DNA from: Minisyncoccia bacterium
GTDB taxonomy: Bacteria; Patescibacteriota; Minisyncoccia; Phycocordibacterales; CALRBL01
Direction of reading: 5' to 3'
Length of the DNA: 64,000 nucleotides
Assembly (NCBI GenBank): GCA_038230075.1
Contig: JBBRNV010000002.1
Location: forward strand, 62,215 to 126,214
In this document: positions 38,383 through 48,238 of the stretch, in pieces
Position numbering within the stretch: the first letter of the stretch is position 1
Layout of the letters: every line of letters starts with the position of its first letter
Notes under the pieces: generated by a model
The model's input: the letters and a program-made list of their open reading frames with translations, nothing else
Told to the model about the DNA's origin: nothing
Database searches by the model: none
Made by a program: the position numbers and the translations under genes

Positions 38383-39018
38383 ATGGCAATTCCACAAAAT
38401 GTTCCGCAGCACACAGGACTAAACTCTCTCACTGTTTTATTTGTGAGACGACTAACTCCTGTTATCTTTGTTCTCTTTTTCTTAGCAGTTGTCGCGGCGT
38501 TACTTAACTATCTTCCTAATATTGAAACATTCTTTAACTTAACTCCTCGTGCTTACCAAATTGTCTACGGAATCATTAGTTTCTTTTTCTTAATAGCAGC
38601 TGCAGCTTCTCTTGTTGCTATCTTCTTCGTTTTTCTTTTTACCATCATTCAGTATTACTTCTACACATTCATTCTTGGAGATTTTAGTTTTAACATCATT
38701 AAAGGAATTTTCTTTAGAGAAGATACCTCTATTTCATACCGTCAGATTCGAAATGTTGATCTTGAGCAGCCACTTCTGTTTATTCTCCTCAAGGTTTCTA
38801 AGATGACTATCTTAATGTTGAGTAATGCTCCAGATGCAATCTCAAATGGGGGAGTTCGATCAGTTGAAATCATTCTCGATGCCAATCTTGCAGAAGAGTT
38901 GCAAGATATTTTAGTTCGTCGTTCAAATGTGAGTGAGGTTATAGAATTGCCAGCAAATACGCCACGAATTGTCGGAAATCCTGTTAGTCCTTTAGATTCA
39001 GCACCGCCTGTTATATAA
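38383..39018 (+). CDS. Membrane protein with a bacterial PH (bPH_2/YdbS-like) domain
   Basis: TM helices followed by FREDTSISYRQIRNVDLEQPLLFILLKVSKMTIL, which is bPH-like. The start at 38383 was chosen to avoid overlap with htrA. Confidence 0.5.
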   Translation: MAIPQNVPQHTGLNSLTVLFVRRLTPVIFVLFFLAVVAALLNYLPNIETFFNLTPRAYQIVYGIISFFFLIAAAASLVAIFFVFLFTIIQYYFYTFILGDFSFNIIKGIFFREDTSISYRQIRNVDLEQPLLFILLKVSKMTILMLSNAPDAISNGGVRSVEIILDANLAEELQDILVRRSNVSEVIELPANTPRIVGNPVSPLDSAPPVI

Positions 39019-39023
39019 TATTT

Positions 39024-39332
39024 ATGACTATGAAAAAGATTGGTTTATTTTTCGTTTCTTTCATTATTATCTTCGCATTTTCTTCTGTTAATCAGAATGT
39101 GGTATATGCAGCAACAAAAGCTCATGTACTTAGTGTAAAGACTGTTACATCTTCAACGCCAACCACTCTTACAAAACCAAAGACTATAGTTCAAAAAAAG
39201 GCTAACACAAAAAGCAAAATAGTCGTCAAGCAAAAATCTAAGGTGGTAAAGAAGAAGATGGTCAAGCCAAAACACTCGAGTAAGTTACTCACTGCTCCAC
39301 TTTTAACTCCTGAAACGGCACCTCATAATTAA
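39024..39332 (+). CDS. Small secreted Lys-rich protein
   Basis: A signal-peptide-like N-terminus and a KKKMVKPKHSSK region. Confidence 0.45.
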   Translation: MTMKKIGLFFVSFIIIFAFSSVNQNVVYAATKAHVLSVKTVTSSTPTTLTKPKTIVQKKANTKSKIVVKQKSKVVKKKMVKPKHSSKLLTAPLLTPETAPHN

Positions 39333-39338
39333 TACCAC

Positions 39339-39698
39339 ATGAACAAATATTTTCTTTTCGCAATTATTGTTTTGAGCTTAATCTTTGTTGGTAAAACATT
39401 TGCTCAAAATACTCGACCTGCCACCTGTAGAAAAGAAGCTCAGGTTAATTATGAGCATAGTCGTACAGAAGCTATAAAAATAAGAGATGAGGCTTTTAAA
39501 AATGCGAAAGGTGCGCGAAACGATGGAATTGAGTCGGCAAAGAAAGTACACAACCGCTCTCAAACTCTAGGAGCGCTTGAAGATGTAAGAAAAGTTTTTC
39601 GAAACGCTGAAAGCCAAGCTTTTGTGAACTATAAAAATACACTAAAAGATATAAAAACAAAATATGCTGATGCACGAAAAGATTGCATCAACAAATAG
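39339..39698 (+). CDS. Small secreted protein
   Basis: Signal-peptide-like N-terminus. Confidence 0.45.
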   Translation: MNKYFLFAIIVLSLIFVGKTFAQNTRPATCRKEAQVNYEHSRTEAIKIRDEAFKNAKGARNDGIESAKKVHNRSQTLGALEDVRKVFRNAESQAFVNYKNTLKDIKTKYADARKDCINK

Positions 39699-39750
39699 TA
39701 AGGTTTAGGTCTTATTTGTCGAGTTCATCATTTCGATTATACTTAATTAT

Positions 39751-39936
39751 ATGACAAAGAATTTTATTGGTGTTTTGTTCTCACTTCTCATTCTATTCGT
39801 TATTTACGCTGGATTTCCAGATTCAATACGATCTATTCTTTTAATTATTGTAGCCGTTGTACAAATGTTCATTTTCGCACTTTTTGAGACAATCAGAGTT
39901 AAACAAGAAAGAGAGAGAGAGAAAGAATTAGATTAA
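39751..39936 (+). CDS. 61-aa two-TM micro-protein
   Basis: Hydrophobic profile only. Confidence 0.3.
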   Translation: MTKNFIGVLFSLLILFVIYAGFPDSIRSILLIIVAVVQMFIFALFETIRVKQEREREKELD

Positions 39937-40076
39937 AAATAGAGGTTGATAGTACTTCCTTAACACCCTCGTCGCTCCGCTCATGTGAATACTTCGTTAC
40001 ACTATTAACCTCTGTTTCTTTTTTTATTCTTATATTTATAACTGAACGAAAAAGATATTATTCCTTTTTCGCTTTG

Positions 40077-40085
40077 TGATATAAT
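40077..40085 (+). promoter_or_regulatory. Extended -10 element (TGaTATAAT) 7 nt upstream of the ATG, consistent with a leaderless transcript
   Basis: TG at 40077-78 and TATAAT at 40080-85. The ATG is at 40093. Confidence 0.4.
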
Positions 40086-40092
40086 TAACGAA

Positions 40093-42102
40093 ATGAACAA
40101 TCCCGACATCACATATTTCGCTCAAACAGACTCACGAAGTAGTCGGATTCCGTTCGGAATTAAATCTAAAGACAGAGCAAAGCATACCTATATCATTGGA
40201 AAGACTGGAATGGGTAAGTCGACAGTGCTTGAAAACATGACCATTCAAGATATTCAGAATGGCAATGGAGTTGCATTTCTTGATCCTCACGGAAAGACTG
40301 CAGACCTTTTTCTCGAATATGTTCCTGAACATCGAAAGAAAGATGTAATCTATTTCGCTCCGTTCGATATGGATCACCCTATCTCGTTCAATGTGCTCGA
40401 AGATGTTGGTCCAGATAAACGTCACTTGGTAACCAGTGGTCTTATGTCTGCTTTCAAAAAAATCTGGGTAGATGCATGGAGTGCTCGAATGGAATACATT
40501 TTAAATAATATTTTACTGGCACTTCTTGAATATCCTGGTTCAACTCTTATTGGGGTAAACCGAATGCTTGCCGATAAAGATTATCGAAAGAAAGTAGTTG
40601 ATAACATTAAAGACCCTTCAGTAAAGGCATTTTGGGTTGACGAATTTGCAAAATACGGAGATCGATATATGCAGGAAGCTGGAGCTTCAATTCAAAATAA
40701 AATCGGGCAATTCGTGTCTAATCCACTTGTTCGAAATATTATTGGTCAGCCGAAATCTACATTCGATCTTCGAAAGATTATGGATGATAAGAAAATTCTC
40801 ATCATCAACCTTTCGAAAGGAAGAATGGGAGAAACCAACGCCAATCTTATTGGAAGTATGTTGATCACAAAAATATATCTCGCTGCAATGTCGCGAGCTG
40901 ATTCAACAGAGTCTGTGCTGTCAAAACTTCCTCCATTTTATTTATATGTAGACGAATTTCAAAACTTCGCCAACGAATCATTTGCAGACATCCTTTCAGA
41001 AGCTCGAAAATATAAACTATGCTTAACAGTAGCCCATCAATACATTGAGCAAATGTCAGACGAAGTACGAGCCGCTGTGTTTGGAAACGTTGGAACCATG
41101 ATTACTTTTCGAGTGGGAGCGTATGATGCTGAAGTTCTTGAAAAAGAATTTGCACCACAGTTTACCGCTGAAGATTTAGTTAATCTTGGACGATTTCAAA
41201 TTTATTTAAAGTTGATGATTGATGAAGTGAGTTCGTCACCATTTTCTGCAACGACACTCCCTCAAATTGAAAAACCCATCATTTCATTTACTAATGAAAT
41301 TATTGAAAATTCTCGAGCAATGTATGCACGGCCTCGTCCTATTGTTGAACAAGAAATTAAAGATTGGCACGAAGATGGTGTGAAAAGAGACGAAACTTCT
41401 GGTGGAGGTAGAGGGCAAACAGGCGAACGAAGAAGTGTGTCAGCTGGATACGGTGGAGGGGCGCCCGGAGCACAATCAATTGCACCACGAAAGTTTGATC
41501 GACAAGCGGTTCCTCAAAACCTTGCTGCAAAACTTCCATCAATGACAACGCTTGCTCAAAACATGAGAAGCGAAGAACGCCAACGAGTAGATAGACAAAG
41601 TTCAGGACAAATGTCGACTCAGGGTTACAGCGCTCAACGTACTTCTGGTGGCTCATCAAGTTCATCTGCTGGTTTGCCTCCTCGAAGAATGCCTACAAAT
41701 GATAGTCCGTCAGTTTCAGAAATGGCCGCAGTACCTCAGTCAGTATCTCTTAATCATCTTAAGAATCCGCCACAAGAAAAATCTGCGAATACTCAAAAAG
41801 TGGCTACACCAGAACATATTTCAGAACTTCGAAATGCACTCAAAGCATTTATGAAGCCAGGCGCTCCAGTTGAAGAGGTTAAACAAGAATCTGTTACTGC
41901 AGAAAAACCAACAGAAGATAAAAAGGAAGAAGTGCTCAAAGAACATAATAAAGAAACAACTCACGCGCATGCTGCTCATAAACATTCCACAGAAAAGAAA
42001 GATGATGAGTCTGTTCATCACAAGAAACACACAAAAGAAGTGCCCAAAGAAGTGCTGATGGAAATTCTAGGAAATGAAGAGCAAGACTCGCTTAATGCAT
42101 AG
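40093..42102 (+). CDS. Second VirD4/TraD/TrwB-like FtsK/HerA-superfamily ATPase, paralogous to 23631..26498, with a roughly 250-aa disordered acidic/basic C-terminal tail
   Basis: Walker A GKTGMGKST, then AFLDPHGKT, Walker B LYVDEFQN, and SEARKYKLCLTVAHQY. The core aligns closely with the first copy over long stretches (SKGR.G..NANLIG ... FGNVG...FRVGA.DAE.L.K.F.P.FT..D..NL). Confidence 0.7.
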   Translation: MNNPDITYFAQTDSRSSRIPFGIKSKDRAKHTYIIGKTGMGKSTVLENMTIQDIQNGNGVAFLDPHGKTADLFLEYVPEHRKKDVIYFAPFDMDHPISFNVLEDVGPDKRHLVTSGLMSAFKKIWVDAWSARMEYILNNILLALLEYPGSTLIGVNRMLADKDYRKKVVDNIKDPSVKAFWVDEFAKYGDRYMQEAGASIQNKIGQFVSNPLVRNIIGQPKSTFDLRKIMDDKKILIINLSKGRMGETNANLIGSMLITKIYLAAMSRADSTESVLSKLPPFYLYVDEFQNFANESFADILSEARKYKLCLTVAHQYIEQMSDEVRAAVFGNVGTMITFRVGAYDAEVLEKEFAPQFTAEDLVNLGRFQIYLKLMIDEVSSSPFSATTLPQIEKPIISFTNEIIENSRAMYARPRPIVEQEIKDWHEDGVKRDETSGGGRGQTGERRSVSAGYGGGAPGAQSIAPRKFDRQAVPQNLAAKLPSMTTLAQNMRSEERQRVDRQSSGQMSTQGYSAQRTSGGSSSSSAGLPPRRMPTNDSPSVSEMAAVPQSVSLNHLKNPPQEKSANTQKVATPEHISELRNALKAFMKPGAPVEEVKQESVTAEKPTEDKKEEVLKEHNKETTHAHAAHKHSTEKKDDESVHHKKHTKEVPKEVLMEILGNEEQDSLNA

Positions 42103-42873
42103 TTTGAGATATCCGATATAAAAGTTTGGATAATCATTTCGGTATCGCTGTATGATTTGCCACGAAGCTTGAAGCCCTTTCGTTCTGTTTTCTGAAGAAG
42201 CACTTTTTTTATGAAATCTGAATGTTACTGAGTAGTCGGGAATATTTGCAAACTTGTATGTTTTCCCAATTCGAAACCAAAGATCGTAATCTTCCCAGAT
42301 AATAATAGTTGGATCATAGATATCACCTTCGCTATTGCATGGAGTGAGAGCAGACTTTCTAATCATAACTGTTGAGTGGGCAAATTGATTGCGAAACATC
42401 ATGTTTCTTCGTATCGATTTATCGCTGGTGGCATAAGTGATAGGAGAGACAAAGACCCCTTTGTCATTAATTGAATTACCAAATGTTCCTACCAATGCAT
42501 ATTCTGCATGTTCCTTTTTCAAAAAGAATGCAACTTGTTTAGTAATTTTTTCTTCATCATTCCAAAAGTCATCACTGTCAACTACGGCTATATATTCACC
42601 TTTCGTGAATGTGTGGGCTTTGTTTCGTGCCGCTGTAATTCCTATATTTTTTTCTCCTTTAATATATCTGATTCTTTTATCTATATAGGTGGCGATTAAT
42701 TGTTCAGTATCATCAGTTGAGGCATCATCGTAAATAATAAATTCAAAATTTGTGTATGTCTGGGAAAGCACTCCTTCAATTGCATCTTTCAAATAGTGAG
42801 CTCGATTGTATGTGCAAAGAATAACAGAAACGAGTGGTGATTGAGCTTGTGTTGTACTTACGTCGGGATTCAT
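42067..42873 (-). CDS. Glycosyltransferase family 2
   Basis: VSVILCTYNRA ... YDDASTDDT (DxD) motifs. Confidence 0.85.
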   Translation of the reverse strand: MNPDVSTTQAQSPLVSVILCTYNRAHYLKDAIEGVLSQTYTNFEFIIYDDASTDDTEQLIATYIDKRIRYIKGEKNIGITAARNKAHTFTKGEYIAVVDSDDFWNDEEKITKQVAFFLKKEHAEYALVGTFGNSINDKGVFVSPITYATSDKSIRRNMMFRNQFAHSTVMIRKSALTPCNSEGDIYDPTIIIWEDYDLWFRIGKTYKFANIPDYSVTFRFHKKSASSENRTKGLQASWQIIQRYRNDYPNFYIGYLKLCIKRVLLFIS

Positions 42874-42880
42874 ACAAGTA

Positions 42881-43867
42881 TTATACTAAATAACCAGGTA
42901 ATGAGATCCATGAAGGGGGAATGAGGTCTTCAGCTCCAAATGCTGTATGTTTATAAAACTCTTTAGGACAAATAACCACCTTTGGGATTGAATGCTTCTC
43001 TGCTGAACGTGAGAGCCATGCTGGCCACCATCCAAAAGTGCTGTTAGGTATAATAAAATGTTTGCACTCTGACATGATGCGAAGTTGATGTGCCGCTCCT
43101 TTTCCTGACCAATCATTATTAAAATAAGTATATGCTACTTTGGGATGTGTGATGTTTTCTTTACACCAATCTATTTCATCTGAGAATACAAACCATTTTA
43201 GATTTGGATTTCGATCTTTTGTTCTTACAATCATTTCCTCGATTGCTTTTGAAAAGTATTGTGGTGAAACAGTACCATGAAGCGCTGCTGCTCTTGGATC
43301 TTTTGCCATATCACCCCGACGAGCATACACACACACCGATTCTGACTCGAGAACATGTTTCTCAAAGTCCTTTGCCTCGGTACTCATTTCGCCGTACTCA
43401 TTTCCGTTTTGAAAGGTGAAATCGTGTGCGATATTACCTGAGATGGCGTCAAAATATTTATAGCTTTGCCAATTTCCATCAAGATACATTCCATCTTTTA
43501 TTTTTTTCGAATAATCATCGTATTGAAATCGTTTTTCTTGCATGAATCGAAAATCATATTTCTCAATTAACTTCTCAACAATTTTTCCTGCAAGACTTTG
43601 TCTTACGCGGTATTTACTATGTGAGACAAATTTTGTCTGATCTATATTGGGAAAGATGTCGAGAGAGAAAGATCGAGGTGCAAAAACTGCGCTTTGTGAT
43701 CTCATCTTAAGAAACATTTCTAACGCTTTACTTTTATCACTATATAAACCCTTCAGATAACTTGTGTCGTATTGAACAGAAATGCCTGTTTTTGCTTGAA
43801 TACTTTCACCAAAAGCATATTGAAACATTTGATTGCCCAAACCTCCTTTAAGTCGAACAGTGATCAT
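42881..43867 (-). CDS. Glycosyltransferase family 11 (alpha-1,2-fucosyltransferase-like)
   Basis: N-terminal GGLGNQMFQYA hallmark motif. Confidence 0.8.
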   Translation of the reverse strand: MITVRLKGGLGNQMFQYAFGESIQAKTGISVQYDTSYLKGLYSDKSKALEMFLKMRSQSAVFAPRSFSLDIFPNIDQTKFVSHSKYRVRQSLAGKIVEKLIEKYDFRFMQEKRFQYDDYSKKIKDGMYLDGNWQSYKYFDAISGNIAHDFTFQNGNEYGEMSTEAKDFEKHVLESESVCVYARRGDMAKDPRAAALHGTVSPQYFSKAIEEMIVRTKDRNPNLKWFVFSDEIDWCKENITHPKVAYTYFNNDWSGKGAAHQLRIMSECKHFIIPNSTFGWWPAWLSRSAEKHSIPKVVICPKEFYKHTAFGAEDLIPPSWISLPGYLV

Positions 43868-43868
43868 A

Positions 43869-44609
43869 TTATTCTTTGATAAACCAAAAACATCCGCATG
43901 CGTATTTTTCCTTTTCCAAAAGCGCCTTATCAGCGTTTATAATTAAACCACCGTCTTTTTCATATTCTGGAATAAATGAGAACTCTTTAAGTGTTAATCC
44001 ACTCATCATGCTCATTACAAGATCGTATGTGTAAATTCGATGAGCATTAAATTCAATCATGGCATCTTTCCCAATTGGAGTTACATAAAGAAATGATCCT
44101 CCTTTTTTAATGACACGCTTAATTTCGTTAATTGCTTTAATGTCACCCTTGGCATCGAATGGGTCTCCGTATCGTCCAAGACCAACATGCTCAATGGTGT
44201 GCATGCATGAAATACTTTCGATGCTGTTGTCAGGGAAGGGGAGGCTATGTAAGTTTCCTTCCTTACTTTGCAAATTACTTAGATAGAGTGCTGCTGGCCG
44301 ATAGTCATAAAAGTTAACAGGAATGAATGCAGAAACGATTCCACAAAAGTAGAGACTTGAACTTATGTCTGTGTGTAGGGTAGGATTTATTTCCTTCACT
44401 TTTCGTGCGGCCCACGCAGTGTGATACACATAATGTCTATCGAATGCAGTTCCAACAGTTTTGTCTCTTATCTGAGGATTAAGGTCAGCAAAGTTAACTG
44501 AGAATCTTTCATCTTTGATTCGATTAAATACATAGTAGTCAGCCAAAACAAAAGGACTAAGAATGAAACGGAGTAGGGTCTTAAGATTTTGTTTTATATC
44601 AGTATTCAT
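43869..44609 (-). CDS. Putative SAM-dependent methyltransferase (DUF268-like)
   Basis: CMHTIEHVGLGRYGD and KKGGSFLYVTP motifs resemble class I methyltransferases found in glycan loci. Confidence 0.4.
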   Translation of the reverse strand: MNTDIKQNLKTLLRFILSPFVLADYYVFNRIKDERFSVNFADLNPQIRDKTVGTAFDRHYVYHTAWAARKVKEINPTLHTDISSSLYFCGIVSAFIPVNFYDYRPAALYLSNLQSKEGNLHSLPFPDNSIESISCMHTIEHVGLGRYGDPFDAKGDIKAINEIKRVIKKGGSFLYVTPIGKDAMIEFNAHRIYTYDLVMSMMSGLTLKEFSFIPEYEKDGGLIINADKALLEKEKYACGCFWFIKE

Positions 44610-45535
44610 AGTTGTTCAATAAGGTGTTGTGCTGCAATTGTATCAGTGAAATTGTCATTAATGTATTCTCTGGGTGTAAATGTTGAATATTTTGAAATAA
44701 AAGTTGAAAGATCTCGCTCAAAGCTTGTATCGGTGAAAAACATTCCTGTTTGTTCGGTAAGATAAGGCGCCCCAATCTTTCCCTCAACATCAATGGTTGT
44801 TTGAGGATCGACATATCGCTGAGCATTATATACAAGGGTTGGAACATTTCGAGCCCAGGCTTCAAGTAGTGCTAATCCCTGACTTTCACTTCTTTGAAGA
44901 TATATTACATAAGGTGTTTGCTCAAGTTGGGTAAAATATTCTTCTTGAGTGAAGTCTCCATATGAAAGAAGTTTGTATGATATTTTTTCTTTATGTAATG
45001 TTGCGATAACACTTTCATACAAAGTCTGGTCAATGTGTTTTTTAACGACAAGTACTTGTCCACCTTTTGTTGAGCTTTTTTGAGGAAGATTAACACCTGC
45101 ACCCCACACAATAATTTTTCCTGTAAGTTCAGGAGTTATTCGCTCATACAGTTGTTGAACCCATACTGAGGGAACGACAACTTTATCAATTAACGAGTTG
45201 ATAATTATTTTATGATGATCAAGTGGAGAGACGATAATGTTTGGTCCGGCGTACAATTCTTCAATAAACCCTTTTTGTTTTGCATGAATAGCCCACGAAA
45301 GTGTATCCACTCCGGAAAGTACTAATACTTTTTTATATACTTCATTTTCGTTTTTCGGATTTACATTAAAAGAGTGATTAATACCAGAAAGACCTCGTGT
45401 GAGACTTGAAAAAACTGACTGTGGCCCACGAGTTTTTCCTAACCAATCTTTCAGTCGATGCTTAATATATGAAGGAGAAAAGACTGAAGAACCAGGCCTT
45501 TCAGTTAAAATAGTAAGAGGAGAATCTGAATTCAT
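44606..45535 (-). CDS. Putative GT-B fold glycosyltransferase (GT4-like C-terminal motif)
   Basis: ESQGLALLEAWARNVPTLV resembles the GT4 E-x7-E motif. Confidence 0.45.
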   Translation of the reverse strand: MNSDSPLTILTERPGSSVFSPSYIKHRLKDWLGKTRGPQSVFSSLTRGLSGINHSFNVNPKNENEVYKKVLVLSGVDTLSWAIHAKQKGFIEELYAGPNIIVSPLDHHKIIINSLIDKVVVPSVWVQQLYERITPELTGKIIVWGAGVNLPQKSSTKGGQVLVVKKHIDQTLYESVIATLHKEKISYKLLSYGDFTQEEYFTQLEQTPYVIYLQRSESQGLALLEAWARNVPTLVYNAQRYVDPQTTIDVEGKIGAPYLTEQTGMFFTDTSFERDLSTFISKYSTFTPREYINDNFTDTIAAQHLIEQL

Positions 45536-45563
45536 ACGAGAATTATATCATGCCATCCTTTCC

Positions 45564-46496
45564 TTATTCGAGCGAGCGAAGTGTCTTGCTTCTTATTTGA
45601 TACAAGACTTTATAGAGTCTTTCGCCTCCAAGAGCTGCTAATAGTCGAGCGTAGTTTGCAATGCCAAATGGATGATGTTTGATAGCCTTTTTAAATGAAA
45701 CAACTGCCTCTTTTTTGTTTCCTAAGTGCAGGTGAAGTCGGGCAATTGCATGATATACCGCACTTAAACTCTTCGGGTACTTTAAGAATGTTTTTTGATA
45801 TTTGGTAATAATTGATTCGAGATCTTGCGCTCTTCGATGTGCTGTTCGTTCAAGAGATGACGTATTGTTATCATGAATATGATAGGTAACCAACGAGTCA
45901 TTAAGAAATTTATATAACACATTGTTTGCAACCATTCGTGCAACAAGGTCATAATCTGCAAATACTAAAAGACCAGTATCGAGTGTTCCAACACGATCGA
46001 GTACAGACTTTTTAATGACGAGCATGCTGAATGTATTGAAATATGAACCAGCAAGAACTTTTTCGACAGGAAGATTATCTTTCTCTAATTTTAAAACACC
46101 TGTAGTCTTCTTCTTTGTTTTGTCGTGATGTTGGTCAACATTTGAAGCGAAGAAACCAATATCAGGATTCTTTTTAACAACATCGTATATTTTTTGCAAT
46201 TTATCTTCTCTCCACTCATCGTCATGATCGAGAAAGGCAACGTATTCTCCTTTAGCAACATTAATGCCAATGTTCGTTGGAATCGTTGGTCCTCCCGAAT
46301 TAGGTGTGCTAATTACCTTGATACGAGTATCTTTCAATTGCGCTTTTTTAATGAGACGATCGGTATTGTCGTTTGATCCATCATCAACAATGATTAATTC
46401 AAAGTCAGTAAATGTTTGATTGAGCACACTTTTAATTGTTCGCTCAATAAAACGTTCACTATTATATGCCGGAATGATGACAGAAAATGTAGGCAT
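45564..46496 (-). CDS. Glycosyltransferase family 2
   Basis: FSVIIPAYNSERFIERTIKSVLNQTFTDFELIIVDDGSND. The start is placed at the internal ATG at 46496 so the gene abuts the rmlC-like stop instead of overlapping it by 140 bp. Confidence 0.8.
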   Translation of the reverse strand: MPTFSVIIPAYNSERFIERTIKSVLNQTFTDFELIIVDDGSNDNTDRLIKKAQLKDTRIKVISTPNSGGPTIPTNIGINVAKGEYVAFLDHDDEWREDKLQKIYDVVKKNPDIGFFASNVDQHHDKTKKKTTGVLKLEKDNLPVEKVLAGSYFNTFSMLVIKKSVLDRVGTLDTGLLVFADYDLVARMVANNVLYKFLNDSLVTYHIHDNNTSSLERTAHRRAQDLESIITKYQKTFLKYPKSLSAVYHAIARLHLHLGNKKEAVVSFKKAIKHHPFGIANYARLLAALGGERLYKVLYQIRSKTLRSLE

Positions 46497-46497
46497 G

Positions 46498-47028
46498 TTA
46501 TTGAAGATGGGGAAGTTCTTTGTCTTTGCTCGATACGATTGGATTTTTAACACCCCAGTCGATTCCAAGTTGTGGATCATCATATCGTATGCCACTTTCA
46601 GCAGTCTTATTGTATTCTCGAGTGCATCCATAAAGTACATAAGCTTCGTTTGAAAAAACAGAAAATCCGTGTGCGAATCCTACAGGGATATAAATGAAGG
46701 TATTGTCTTCTCCTTGAAGATCAATCGTTATCACTTTTTTATAGGTAGGAGATTCTGGACGCGCATCAACAATGACATCGCGAATGCTTCCAGCAATTAA
46801 GTACAAGAACTTTCCTTGAGCACTTTCTCCTTTTTGAAAATGAAGACCTCGCACCACATCTTTTTTAGAATACGAAAGATTATATTGAGGAAATGCATCC
46901 GCTAATTGTAAATGTTGAAATTCAGTAATTTTACAGATTTCCATGAAATAACCACGGTCGTCATAAAACTTATCAGATTTAACCATCTTTACTTCAGGAA
47001 TTTCGAGGTCAATTACTTTAAATGCCAT
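46498..47028 (-). CDS. rmlC: dTDP-4-dehydrorhamnose 3,5-epimerase-like cupin (RmlC family)
   Basis: RGLHFQ and GFAHGF motifs, at 176 aa. Confidence 0.8.
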   Translation of the reverse strand: MAFKVIDLEIPEVKMVKSDKFYDDRGYFMEICKITEFQHLQLADAFPQYNLSYSKKDVVRGLHFQKGESAQGKFLYLIAGSIRDVIVDARPESPTYKKVITIDLQGEDNTFIYIPVGFAHGFSVFSNEAYVLYGCTREYNKTAESGIRYDDPQLGIDWGVKNPIVSSKDKELPHLQ

Positions 47029-47037
47029 ATATGTTAA

Positions 47038-47532
47038 TTAATATGCGGTTACTAAAACGGAATATTTTTTTCCAATTCGTACCGCATGAACGATCTTAAG
47101 AAGGGTTGGGCAATCGATTGTTACTGAGGTTGGCTTTTCTTCCAATATAAATTTCTGTATATGAATCCAAGCTGGTTCAGTTTCATAATCAAATAACTGT
47201 TTATCAATATATTTTGTATTTGAAGAAAACTTATTTTTGATCCATCGAGATAGTTTTCCTGAGGCTCCAGCAATGGCAATTTGTTTTCCTTGGGTATTGT
47301 TAGCAATAGTCATTTCTCTTGAAAGAAGCGCTACAAGGTCGGGGTGAGTGACAGAGCTTTTGTCTGCTCCATCTTTCATTACAATGTTTGTAACGCTAGG
47401 GAGATAGAAGGTGATAAAGGGCCACATTGCCTGTTTGAACATTTCTGTCTGATCTTCTGGAAAAGAAGATGCACCATGAAATGCCTTATCAACTTCGGCT
47501 AATTCTTTTTGATTGAGATGTATGGTGATCAT
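47038..47532 (-). CDS. Hypothetical protein
   Basis: ORF within the glycan operon. No motifs. Confidence 0.45.
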   Translation of the reverse strand: MITIHLNQKELAEVDKAFHGASSFPEDQTEMFKQAMWPFITFYLPSVTNIVMKDGADKSSVTHPDLVALLSREMTIANNTQGKQIAIAGASGKLSRWIKNKFSSNTKYIDKQLFDYETEPAWIHIQKFILEEKPTSVTIDCPTLLKIVHAVRIGKKYSVLVTAY

Positions 47533-47538
47533 ATTTTT

Positions 47539-48237
47539 TTATACTACCTGCATTTTATTCATGGCGTAATCAAATCGAAGCACGCCTGCGTGAGATAGTT
47601 CTTTGAAAGGAAGGTTCGAAGTGTGTACATAGTGATATAACCACGCTTCACTATTCATCTTATCTTTTGCTAGTTTCTCAGGATTCATACTATCAACGTA
47701 TCCAAGGAAGGCTGTTGGCTTCATGGCAAAAATCATATCGTTGTAATTTAAAGGAGCAGACAATATTTTTGACCCATCACTAAAATGATAGGGAGGGTTA
47801 CAGATTAAAATATCTTCGGTTGGATTTGTATTCATTTCGTCAATAAATACAGGGAAACATAACACTTGTCGTGATGTGTAATACACAACCCAATCGTATG
47901 TTTTTAAAAGTTCTCGATGTTTTTCAACGACAGCTTGGCACATAACATATTCACCAGCTCCCTTACTCTTTGAACCAAGTGTATTGTTGTTAATCAGCAT
48001 AAGGTCTTTGATTGCAGGATGTCCGTATAGAGAGGTGAGTGAAGAAGACAATTCATCTTTTGAAGAAACTGTATTATCAATCACAATTAAATGAATATTG
48101 GGATTTTTATCAGCACGCCTGAGCATTCCATGTAAGGCAACTGCGTATAAATCTTGTCGATCTTTTTCATCATATGTTTCGGCACTTCGATACTTGTATG
48201 CTCCTAAACAGATAAATAAAATCTTTGGTTGATCCAT
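47539..48237 (-). CDS. Hypothetical protein
   Basis: ORF within the glycan operon. No motifs. Confidence 0.45.
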   Translation of the reverse strand: MDQPKILFICLGAYKYRSAETYDEKDRQDLYAVALHGMLRRADKNPNIHLIVIDNTVSSKDELSSSLTSLYGHPAIKDLMLINNNTLGSKSKGAGEYVMCQAVVEKHRELLKTYDWVVYYTSRQVLCFPVFIDEMNTNPTEDILICNPPYHFSDGSKILSAPLNYNDMIFAMKPTAFLGYVDSMNPEKLAKDKMNSEAWLYHYVHTSNLPFKELSHAGVLRFDYAMNKMQVV

Positions 48238-48238
48238 C

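Noticed and set aside
44599-45111. ORFs 44599..44865(-) and 44905..45111(-), alternative frames inside the GT4-like gene
   Set aside because: They are overlapped by the longer, motif-bearing 44606..45535 frame.
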